Below are positions 22,467 to 31,400 of a stretch of 64,000 nucleotides of DNA, one piece after another. The DNA is from Nitrosopumilus sp. (GTDB lineage: Archaea; Thermoproteota; Nitrososphaeria; Nitrososphaerales; Nitrosopumilaceae): the NCBI GenBank assembly GCA_965207445.1, contig CBDBLX010000002.1, positions 1,719,849 through 1,783,848 of the forward strand. Reading direction: 5' to 3'. A program made the position numbers and the translations under genes. Within the stretch, counting starts at the first letter, position 1, and every line of letters begins with the position of its first letter. Under the pieces are notes generated by a model, which ran no database searches, had not been told where the DNA came from, and worked only from the letters and a program-made list of their open reading frames with translations.

Positions 22467-23176
22467 GATTTTGATATTTTGTCCACAAATGGCTTAACAG
22501 CTCTTAGCATGTCACGTGGCCGCATAGTACCACTGCATCGTTCAGAACTACCGCCGTCTAGATTGTGCAAGATGGCAGTAAACCTCACTAAAGCGGATGG
22601 CAAGAACACCATGGCAAGAACTCCTTTTTCCCCAATTTTCCATCTCAGGTAAGTCAGTCCCTCGGCGCTTATGACAATTTGTGGACTAGTCCACTGTTGA
22701 TTTTCAATTATAAAGCGGGCGGCATTTTGTAATGATTTTACGTCCATAGGTTTTTCGTCCGTTTCTTTATCCGTCAATTCCTTGAGATATGTCAAGCGGT
22801 TTACAATTGCATCCAAACCTGTGCGCTTGAGTATGTCAATAACGTCATTTACACTCTCAGACTTTTCTATCAATGTTTTATAATAAAAGACATCGCCTGA
22901 TGATGGGCGATTGTCATCATCCGACGTACTCAAAAGAAGCTGCACGTCACCTTGCACAACTTCCACCGGTACACGTTTTCCAATGGTCCTGACGCGGTTC
23001 TTGCTTGATACACGTTTTTCTATAGTCGAGTTTTGTAGGAAGTTTCTGATTATGTGTTTCATTTCCGTTTGATGGGCTGGCGCGGATATTTTACTATTGT
23101 TATATATGTTGTACCGATACTCACGTCTTGAGGGTTTGTTGTAATATTTTGCAATTTGGTTTATCTTACTCATCAT
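22463..23176 (-). CDS. Hypothetical protein (possible antitoxin/immunity partner)
   Basis: 237 aa with ATGA overlaps on both sides; C-terminal SLQNAARF..PQIVISAEGLTYLRW domain. Confidence 0.7.
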   Translation of the reverse strand: MMSKINQIAKYYNKPSRREYRYNIYNNSKISAPAHQTEMKHIIRNFLQNSTIEKRVSSKNRVRTIGKRVPVEVVQGDVQLLLSTSDDDNRPSSGDVFYYKTLIEKSESVNDVIDILKRTGLDAIVNRLTYLKELTDKETDEKPMDVKSLQNAARFIIENQQWTSPQIVISAEGLTYLRWKIGEKGVLAMVFLPSALVRFTAILHNLDGGSSERCSGTMRPRDMLRAVKPFVDKISKS

Positions 23177-23805
23177 TTGTTACCTACTATTAAAAAATCT
23201 GGATGCTGTTTAGCGTTATACGTTTCTATGGTTTTTGCACTATTCTCATATATGTCTGTCAGGTCATTTATCATGATTTGAAGTTGTTCTATCGACATAT
23301 TGACGTGCTCAGAAATTTTCTTTTCATTGCCATCAAATGAGAACTCTAGCCTTATGACTGGTGTGTGACAAACGGTTTTTCTGTTGTAATCTTCAACCGC
23401 TTTGAGAAAAACATCATGGCGCATGAATTCCAGGGTGGATTCATTTATGGTGCTTGCATTGATAAAATACCTTATTTCAAACCCATTTTTTCCCACTTTG
23501 TTCAGTTTGGTAGTAAAATTGCTGATATTTGACTTAATATTTTTAGGCATTTTTGATTTGTTTAACATGGCGGTAAAGTTTTTGGGATATTTGTCTTTAT
23601 GATAGATCAATATAGCTAAGGTTTCAAGAACATTCTCTGCTTCGTTGGCCTTAATCCCTACAACCTTTACAAATTCATATATGTTCAAATGTGGGCCTCT
23701 GTCGTTGAAAAGTTTTATGGCATCATTTTGTGTGTTCAAATCTAGCTTAAAAAAGACATTTAGTGACTCTTTAAAATCATCGAAAGGATTCATCTCATTA
23801 GTCAT
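23173..23805 (-). CDS. COMMD-like protein (helical N-domain plus COMM-like C-domain); start at MTNEMNPF
   Basis: C-terminal TLEFMRHDVFL..TPVIRLEF..VNMSIEQLQIMINDLTDI pattern; the longer ORF start lies inside an IS-end repeat. Confidence 0.55.
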   Translation of the reverse strand: MTNEMNPFDDFKESLNVFFKLDLNTQNDAIKLFNDRGPHLNIYEFVKVVGIKANEAENVLETLAILIYHKDKYPKNFTAMLNKSKMPKNIKSNISNFTTKLNKVGKNGFEIRYFINASTINESTLEFMRHDVFLKAVEDYNRKTVCHTPVIRLEFSFDGNEKKISEHVNMSIEQLQIMINDLTDIYENSAKTIETYNAKQHPDFLIVGNK

Positions 23806-23849
23806 ATTGTATAGGGTAAACAGATCCATAAAAGTATATAGCGACGTGC

Positions 23850-24007
23850 GAGGTTGGTGCGTAATTGACATTAGGCCTGCCTGTGACCCGTCTGTGAACT
23901 TACTTGGTTTATTGCACATTCAATCTACAAAAGACTGAAATCTATCTATAGTGCGTTTCGTTTTTGAATATACATATGTGTTGTTTTGGCAGACATAGAT
24001 TATAGAG
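23850..24007 (-). mobile_element. Isolated right end of the IS5-like element (inverted copy of ~27044-27200)
   Basis: ~158 bp reverse-complement match beginning GAGGTTGGTGCGTAATT. Confidence 0.85.
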
Positions 24008-24088
24008 GTAAGCGTTCAGGTCTAATTATTAATGATCATAAATAGGCACGCCTGTTCTGACCATATAGCATGATATTAAATATACAGT
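24008..24088 (+). mobile_element. IS66-type left-end remnant
   Basis: GTAAGCGTTCAGGTCTAATTATT.. matches 33084 over ~80 bp and 61580 over ~46 bp. Confidence 0.8.
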
Positions 24089-24164
24089 TAATGTAAGAGT
24101 CTCCGAAAGGCACTCCAGATTTGGATAGACCTCCTTATATAACGTAGTGGTGCATAAGTATGCA

Positions 24165-24818
24165 ATGATTGACAAAGACACAATATCACTCTTGGGAACA
24201 ATTGCTCCAGGCCTCGCGTTCATTGGCTTAGTTCCTGCATTTGCAGACAGTTCTATGTCCACCGGTCCGTGGTCGGTTCTACAGGAAATTCCAAGCTATA
24301 CGAATTCGGACTGTAACTTCTCAGATGACAAATGCGCCGATGCCACTACCAGCGGGGAGAACTCGTTGGTGTCACATGGTGATAACTTCGTTTGGAATGT
24401 CGCCATATCTAGGAACAACATACAGAAAAGTCCAAACGACTAAGGCTCAACACCAGAACTCACCACATCTGCCAGTACAGTCAAGTACAAATACACAGTA
24501 AGCTACAGGGGCACACACGACATAGCCGCCGGACATACCGGCTGGTACTCGTATGGAGCCGATCTGATGAAAAAGTCGGGCAACATCTGGGTGAAGCAGG
24601 GCAGGTGCTACTTTGACGAATTCGGAGATGGTGACAAGTCAGGTTCACCTAGCCACACCTGTTCTCTGCGTAACGTTGGTAGCAACACCTATCAGATGGG
24701 CATACAGCACAGCACGACTGCACCTGCATACTTGTTTGGTAGTGACGATGTCTTGGACTACTACTCTGGCAGCAACCACGCAAGCACCGAAAGGTTGGAG
24801 ATATGCACGGGGTGTTGA
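24165..24818 (+). pseudogene. Secreted Cys-containing protein interrupted by one in-frame TAA (24441-24443)
   Basis: Signal peptide ending VPAFA; ORFs 24147 and 24567 share a frame and only one stop separates them. Confidence 0.7.
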
Positions 24819-24821
24819 GGG

Positions 24822-25352
24822 ATGGACAGGAAAACCATTAGCATCGTGGCAATAGGATCGATAGTTCTAGTTGCGGCCATAGTCGCCGGACTGTCTGTAC
24901 CTGAACCGGCCAAGGCCGGCGAACTACAGGAAGCCGAACCACACCGCGAGATACACTATTCGTCACACATGAGCCAAGACGTACTGGATGACAGCAGGAT
25001 GGTCACCGTCACACGAGGCGGAACCCTTCAGATTCCAGTGGACGTTTATGCGGAGCTGGACAAAACAACGGCCGTCAGTTTTGGCGTTACCTCTGACGGG
25101 CAGGAATCCATCCTGGCCATTATGGGCGAGTCCATACTGCCTGAGGGCATCCAGGTGACAACAGTCAAGTCGTCGTTTGCCTTTCCCGTGGAGGAGCAGA
25201 CTGGTATAGACAAGCGGGGATCGACCACCATAACAATAAGCGTCGGTACGAACGCAGTGCCCGGAGCGTATCCACTTTCACTGGTTCTTTACGAGATGCA
25301 GAGTAGCTATTCAAAAATGTCCATAGAATACTTTACGTTGATAGTAGAGTAA
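24822..25352 (+). CDS. Membrane-anchored Ig-like/beta-sandwich protein
   Basis: N-terminal hydrophobic helix; ITISVGTNAVPGAYPLSL..FTLIVE C-terminus. Confidence 0.7.
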   Translation: MDRKTISIVAIGSIVLVAAIVAGLSVPEPAKAGELQEAEPHREIHYSSHMSQDVLDDSRMVTVTRGGTLQIPVDVYAELDKTTAVSFGVTSDGQESILAIMGESILPEGIQVTTVKSSFAFPVEEQTGIDKRGSTTITISVGTNAVPGAYPLSLVLYEMQSSYSKMSIEYFTLIVE

Positions 25353-25509
25353 CAACCCCCCCTCCCCGTTTTTTATTGTAGTCGTGGTAGAGCGCGCCCA
25401 TTGTATCTTCTCAGTGGTTCGGATGCCCTCCTTCTGTTGTCGGCTAGTGTACTTGGAGCCTCAACCCACTTTTTGCAGAGTTCGAATCGAAAATAGATCG
25501 ATCTCAACT

Positions 25510-27200
25510 GAGGTTGTACATAATTCATCAAATCACCACCTGCATGGTACTTGCAAAGTCATCTGCAAATATTGTCAGAGTTTTATATGTATAAATTAAA
25601 TTAAATTACTTAATAAGCTCATATATAAAAGTATCTGCGCGTATACCAAAAGTTACTTGTAGGAGCATTCCAATTGAATAATTACACAATGACCAAAGGG
25701 GATGCTAAACAATATTGACTAGCCAATGTTGTCAACGTATCATTTGTGAAGTGTGGTGGAACGACGACATATGGTGGGTTGCCACAACATGCTATGCTAC
25801 ACAGAGAATGACGTCCATTACAATGTATGGTTTGTGATGAATGTGGTGACTGTTTATTGTTTATATAAATTTAGTGTGTGGGTTTCAAATAAGAATAAAT
25901 CAAGGAGGCAGACCGTACAGTGACAGAGCAGCACAAGCGACGCGAAGGTTATTGGCCGTATTACGAACAGGCACGCAAATCTGAGCAGGATTTTATGCGC
26001 AAGACCTTGCTGTCGGCGATACGAAAAAACCCACATCCGTGCAAGGAAAAGAAGACAAATAGAGGATGCAAGCCTGTACACTCGCGTGACAAGATGGATT
26101 TTTGTGTCTTTTAAAAGTTGCAAAAAATATTCCTTTTCGTGACGTGGTAAATGAGCTTGGACATGTACATGATAAGCAAGTTGATGAGCCGGAGCCTGAT
26201 TAGTTGTGTAACCGAACATATGCAAACAATTGATCTCGACTGGCTTGATTCTATTTTGGCATATACTGCCAGTATGTGTCTAAATGAACTTGGAAAATCT
26301 ATGACAGATCCGGTACCGATAAAAGGCAAAGAGTTCATACTTACGCACGGATATAAGGATTTTGAGGGCGGTAAACAAGACGTAAAAAAGAACCTACAGC
26401 TCCGATTAAAGTAAACAGTAGTGTGTGGTGTAGAGAGACTGACAGGTACGAAAAACAACAAAGACCTAATCATTTACTACAAGACTTAACTGACACGCGT
26501 CAAGACATATCTAAAATATCATATTACTCGATAAGCGGACACCAGATCACACTTGCATCATACACAACTCCAAGCAATGCAAGTGTTACGTCAATGCTTC
26601 CATATATGGTCAACTTTCTTGTAAAAAACTATACACAGATTGAAGAGTGCTTATTCAACGGAGACAATGGATGCGACTCGGATCAAAACTACGAGACAAT
26701 ATTTGATGCAAACATGAAACCGAACATAAAGCAGCGCAATCATACAGCAGGTCATACAAATCGTGGCAAACCACCAAGCAGAAAAATGGTAGCAGAAATC
26801 TTTGACAAAGATGCATACAAACAACGCGCACTTATCGAGGCAATATTTGGAGCAGTAGAAGATACAAAGAATCACAGGCTACACTGTCGTATGTGTCTGG
26901 CCAAAAACAGAAAATGATTTAGCAAATACTATCGATTGCATGGAATATTAACGTCCTGAACAGATTTATCTGCGCTCATAAAAAAGGGCAAAAGATTCCA
27001 TCATACAAATGATAGTGACGCTATCACACTTGCACGTTTCATGCTCTATAATCCATGTCTGCCAAAATAACACACATGTATATTCAAAAACGAAACGCAC
27101 TATAGATAGATTTCAGTCTTTATAGATTGAATGTGCAATAAATCGAGTAAGTTCACAAAAGGGTCACAGACAGGCCTAATGTCAATTACGCACCAACCTC
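25510..27200 (+). mobile_element. Degenerate IS5-like element with a multiply frameshifted transposase (~25920-27010)
   Basis: Ends GAGGTTGTACATAATT / AATTACGCACCAACCTC; fragments FNGDNGCDS and YKQRALIEAIFG. Confidence 0.7.
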
Positions 27201-27245
27201 GTGCTATCCACAAATCTTATAATTTAAAGGCATGACGTTACAGCA

Positions 27246-28064
27246 ATGGGCACAAAAGACAAGTTTGAAATATTTGACACGAATCTTCAGCAATTGAATT
27301 CGTTGATAGAAAAAAACTCCTTTGTAAACTGTTATAGAACATGCACCGACTTGACAAGATATTCTGCAATGTCAAACTATACAGATGGATTGATAATATC
27401 AGAAATTTTAGAGGAGGTTTTTTCGCAGATACACAGGGTATTTACTGAGCATTCGATCCCAGATGACGAAAAACACATTATTGAATCTGAATTAAAAAAT
27501 GGAATTGATAAAATAAAGGGTTCTTACAAGGACGAAGATAAGAACTCACTTTATGATGGACTTAAAAAGATAAGAAATGATGCAACTCATTTTCAATTGA
27601 AATGCGGAAATAACTTTCCACACAAACAAAAGATCAGGAGACAGATTGGCGACCTTGTAATGATCATTCCAAGTAAGATGTGGGAGGACGACAAGAAAAT
27701 AGAAGAAGATATGCAACATGCCATATTGATAAAACATTTGGAAAATACGGGGGTAAACGATCCTAGTATCCATCTAAACGATACCGACAAAATTATTCGC
27801 GCTTTGTTAGAATATGTTGCGCTATGGGAAGAAAAGCATGAGGAACTCGAAGAAAAATATGAGGAACTTAAAGATCGTTACAACCGCATGACGATACAAG
27901 ATATGGACAGACAGAGTAAGGAAGCCATACAAGATCTTGAAGATATCTTCGGAATCGATTTTGACGACATCTTTGGTCCATATGAGGTGGAAGGTATGTT
28001 GAGCGACTATTCTGATGATCAATCATCCATGGAGTGGGTACGTTCTGTCCGAAGCGGTACATGA
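27246..28064 (+). CDS. Hypothetical protein with an antitoxin-like C-terminus (possibly two fused genes)
   Basis: Ends SSMEWVRSVR directly before a PIN gene; internal Met at MIIPSKMWED. Confidence 0.65.
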   Translation: MGTKDKFEIFDTNLQQLNSLIEKNSFVNCYRTCTDLTRYSAMSNYTDGLIISEILEEVFSQIHRVFTEHSIPDDEKHIIESELKNGIDKIKGSYKDEDKNSLYDGLKKIRNDATHFQLKCGNNFPHKQKIRRQIGDLVMIIPSKMWEDDKKIEEDMQHAILIKHLENTGVNDPSIHLNDTDKIIRALLEYVALWEEKHEELEEKYEELKDRYNRMTIQDMDRQSKEAIQDLEDIFGIDFDDIFGPYEVEGMLSDYSDDQSSMEWVRSVRSGT

Positions 28065-28068
28065 AAAT

Positions 28069-28686
28069 TTGGTCTACTATGACACCAATGTGTGGGTGGC
28101 GTGGATGTTGTGTCCTGACGACAAATTCTATAAAAGCTCCAAAAAACTGATAGATGATGTTACAAGTGGCAAGAAAGTGGCAATAGTTTCCTACATAGTC
28201 ATACTAGAAACGATTCACGTCTTGCGAGAAAAGATGACAAAAGGCCACAAGTTTGAGACAGACTATGACACATATCATGCTCAAATTGAACACAGAATAA
28301 GAGAAGACACAAAAAAAATATGCGTCAAATTCACACTCTTGCTAGTCGAAGACAAGTAATCTTAGTAAAACCAAATATTGGTTTGGCTGAACATCACGTA
28401 CGAGTTTTGCGTGAACTGGTACGACGTTTTGGTCCCATCAAAACGTTCAGTCGATGTTCATCCTGTGGCGAGAAATTATCTTCTGAAAGTCTGATCAAAA
28501 TTTGCCCCAAATGCAAGGCGGGCATCATTCCGGCCAAATTAGAATATAGAGGGCTCGGCCATGCAGATCTGGAACATGCACTCCTTGCTAGACGCTACAA
28601 CGTGAAAACGTTCTACAGCAGTGATCGCGCATTTAAGCAGTTTAATGACGATAGGACTTTCAGAGGAATGTATTTTAAAACAATAT
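28069..28686 (+). pseudogene. PIN-domain (VapC-like) toxin with a zinc-ribbon insert; frameshift at A8 and 3' end cut by IS481
   Basis: LVYYDTNVW..VILETIHVL, then GLGHADLEHALLA..FYSSDRAF in the -1 frame; CSSC/CPKC insert; native tail YFKTIYSQ* resumes after 31472. Confidence 0.8.
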
Positions 28687-28854
28687 TAAGTTGTCTTGTA
28701 AGTAGTTCCGCCTTGAGTGTACGCCTAGATATGATCATAGGAATAATCGTCAATGTAAGTAGTTCCGCCTTGAGTGTACGCCTAGATATAATCATATTTA
28801 ATATGAAGCGTATGATGAGTTTAGCTTTTATGCCCACTTGGAGAGAAAAGAAAA

Positions 28855-29988
28855 TTGGCTACTAGTGGCGTAGATCCTCATATATCCGTGTGCGGAGTGG
28901 AAATGAAGGTGTGTGGGTCCAATCATGATCCTCGTACAAAGATCAAAACTAGGCTCAAAAATGGTAAAAAACTTCGTGTAATACATAAACTTGATGAGGA
29001 ACAGGTACGGTGGATAGTTCAGCAAAAGCACAATGATGAGATGAGTGACGCCCAGATTGCAAAATTAGTGGGTGTATCTGCACGATGGGTTAGAAAATTG
29101 TTCTTACGATATGGTCATTTACAGCCAAAAGATATCACATATCCTCCAAAGATGGGACGTCCTTCTAATGGATTACCAGGCCGTCGAGAACATTCTGCAG
29201 TGATATCTTGTTGCAAGCAGAACAGACGTATGGCAGTCAGACTCGAGACTATAATAGAAGAAGAAATCGGAATCCATATTTCTCACAATATCATATATAA
29301 GATATTGAAAGATGAGGAGTTAGTAGAAAACCAACCAAAAAAAGCAAAGCAGCGAAAGTGGGTTAGATATGAGAGAAGATTCTCAAATTCTTTATGGCAT
29401 ACGGATTTTAAGCAGATTTACGATGGTAGATGGTTTGTGTCCTATCAGGACGATGCATCTAGGATGATTATGGGCTTTGGAGTGTATAATGAACCTACAA
29501 GTGTTCATGCAATAAAGGTGCTTGAGGGCGCCATCAAGAAATACGGTAAACCTGCCCAAATACTAACGGATCATGGATCTCAGTTCTATGCAAATGAGAA
29601 AAAGAACTCTGAGCGCGGTGTAGCAGTATTTGAGAACAAGTTAGTCGAGCTTGGTATCAAACAAGTCATGGCACGTATAAAACACCCTCAAACCAATGGT
29701 AAATTAGAACGATTCCACTCTGAGATTGAACAACATCTAAAATCATTTGAAGAAGAGTCTGCATGTAATACAGTTCGTGGTTCCAAACCCGGCGACCATG
29801 TGGGGAATCCATTCCATACTAGGGGTATAACAGACCCAATAACAAGACTCGTCAACTGGTACAATAATCTCCCACATATGTCACTAAAAGACGGTAAAGA
29901 AACGCCTATAGAAGCCTATAAACGCAAACAAGCACCAAAAGACATAACAGCAAAAGAAATGGAGAGTCATGCATATGTCAAATCATAA
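28855..29988 (+). CDS. IS481-family DDE transposase (true start may be downstream)
   Basis: HTH, then RYER..NSLWHTDFK, QDDASR, ILTDHGSQF, HPQTNGKLERF, YNNLPH. Confidence 0.92.
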   Translation: MATSGVDPHISVCGVEMKVCGSNHDPRTKIKTRLKNGKKLRVIHKLDEEQVRWIVQQKHNDEMSDAQIAKLVGVSARWVRKLFLRYGHLQPKDITYPPKMGRPSNGLPGRREHSAVISCCKQNRRMAVRLETIIEEEIGIHISHNIIYKILKDEELVENQPKKAKQRKWVRYERRFSNSLWHTDFKQIYDGRWFVSYQDDASRMIMGFGVYNEPTSVHAIKVLEGAIKKYGKPAQILTDHGSQFYANEKKNSERGVAVFENKLVELGIKQVMARIKHPQTNGKLERFHSEIEQHLKSFEEESACNTVRGSKPGDHVGNPFHTRGITDPITRLVNWYNNLPHMSLKDGKETPIEAYKRKQAPKDITAKEMESHAYVKS

Positions 29989-30004
29989 GTGGAACTAACC
30001 ATAT

Positions 30005-31231
30005 GTGGCACGAAAAACACAACAGAGCAGAAATTCAGATGGTATAGATCGTGATTCGCACAAGCAAAATGCAAACAAACAGATTAGGGGTAGAAAAAAT
30101 GACCATATGGATAGTCATAGCGTAAGCAAGGTGAAAAAAACAACCACAAAAACATCGGTAAAATATGATAATGCTCAAAAATATTTTGTTGGTATTGATC
30201 TTCACAAAAAATTCATGCAAGTGGCAATTATGGATCCTAAAGGTAATGTTCTTCAAAATAAACGAATTGAGTGCAATCATATTGATATTGTAAAAGAATT
30301 TTCTGAGTTTCCGCCCAATGCAAAATACGTGTTGGAATCTTCTTCAGTATGGTATGGCATGTATAGATTTCTCACAGAAAAATTGCATTTGGATGTGATG
30401 TTATCAAATCCACTTGCAACAAAACGAATAGCTGAATCAAAAAAGAAGACAGATAAAGTAGATGCTCGTATATTGGCAGATCTGCTAAGGGGTGGATATA
30501 TTGCAGGATGTTATGTTCCAGAGGAAAAGGATGTGCATAATAGACAATTGGTCAGGTATAGAAGTACAGTAGTAAAGTCTAGAGTAAAGTCCAAAAATAG
30601 TGTTCATGCAATATTGTTACAAAGTGGAATCAAGATCAAAGGGATTCCATTTTCTGCTGAACATATACAAAATTTACGCAAGCTTAATGACTGGAGGATA
30701 GACAAACATATCAAAACAATTGCATTTTTAAATGATGATGTTCGTGATTGTGATGATAAAATATCCAATGCAGTATCAAAAAACGAACATGCTTCACTTT
30801 TGACTACAATGCCTGGAATCGGTCCTGTTACTGCGCTTACATTATCATCTGAAATTGGTGATATCTCAAGATTTCGTGATATGGGCAGTCTTGTTGCTTA
30901 TTTTGGACTAGCTCCATCTGTGAGGAATTCTGCCAGTACAGTTCACCATGGTGCCATAACGAAAATGGGAAATTCCATGGTTCGACAGTTGCTCACAGAA
31001 TGTGTGTTGTCTCATGTGCAGTTTGCAAAGAATAATAATCGACAGACTCCAATAAGTGTATTTTATGAAAGATTAAAGGAGAAAAGAGGCGTCTCAAAAG
31101 CACAGGTTGCCGCTGCTGCCAAGATGCTCAAAATTGTATTTTGGATGCTAACAAAGAATATAGATTTTTGGACATGTATAGAGATGGGTAAAAAGAGTAC
31201 ACATCGTAACCCCAAGAAAAAAAATGAATAG
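30005..31231 (+). CDS. IS110-family DEDD recombinase (start at 30107 is plausible)
   Basis: VGIDLHK, VLES, KTDKVDA (DEDD); MPGIG..EIGDISRF..YFGLAPSVRNS; KAQVAAAAKML. Confidence 0.95.
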   Translation: MARKTQQSRNSDGIDRDSHKQNANKQIRGRKNDHMDSHSVSKVKKTTTKTSVKYDNAQKYFVGIDLHKKFMQVAIMDPKGNVLQNKRIECNHIDIVKEFSEFPPNAKYVLESSSVWYGMYRFLTEKLHLDVMLSNPLATKRIAESKKKTDKVDARILADLLRGGYIAGCYVPEEKDVHNRQLVRYRSTVVKSRVKSKNSVHAILLQSGIKIKGIPFSAEHIQNLRKLNDWRIDKHIKTIAFLNDDVRDCDDKISNAVSKNEHASLLTTMPGIGPVTALTLSSEIGDISRFRDMGSLVAYFGLAPSVRNSASTVHHGAITKMGNSMVRQLLTECVLSHVQFAKNNNRQTPISVFYERLKEKRGVSKAQVAAAAKMLKIVFWMLTKNIDFWTCIEMGKKSTHRNPKKKNE

Positions 31232-31239
31232 ATGTGAAA

Positions 31240-31400
31240 AATTATGGTTAGGGATTTGTGCGTTGTAAGTGTGAGATTTAATGCTCGGGGAACTAACTGC
31301 ATGGTGCCCCTAACGAATGGATGAAGCATGGTATTGAGATTTAATGCTCGTATAGATACATATCCGAACCATCCTCCGGAAAAACACCACCCTAGCGTAT
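31240..31400 (+). ncRNA. Predicted bridge/seek RNA of the IS110 element (target-binding and donor-binding loops); boundaries approximate
   Basis: Stems 31247-53/31308-14 and 31319-23/31361-65 each enclose guide-hairpin-guide; guides match the target and donor junctions. Confidence 0.8.

Noticed and set aside
23806..23919. N-terminal extension of ORF 23173-23919 (likewise 55022-55081 and the start of 32342-32710)
   Set aside because: These starts lie within IS/MITE sequence, so downstream ATGs are more plausible or the ORF is spurious.
24441..24443. Stop-codon recoding (Sec/Pyl)
   Set aside because: The codon is TAA, and no recoding machinery is visible in the window.
28697..28796. Two 43-bp direct repeats as a mini-CRISPR
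   Set aside because: Only two units with a 14-bp gap; they are part of the IS481 left end.
31272..31350. 16-bp repeats as a CRISPR or full TIGR array
   Set aside because: Only two units, and the flanking segments match the element's own target and donor, which a bridge RNA explains better.
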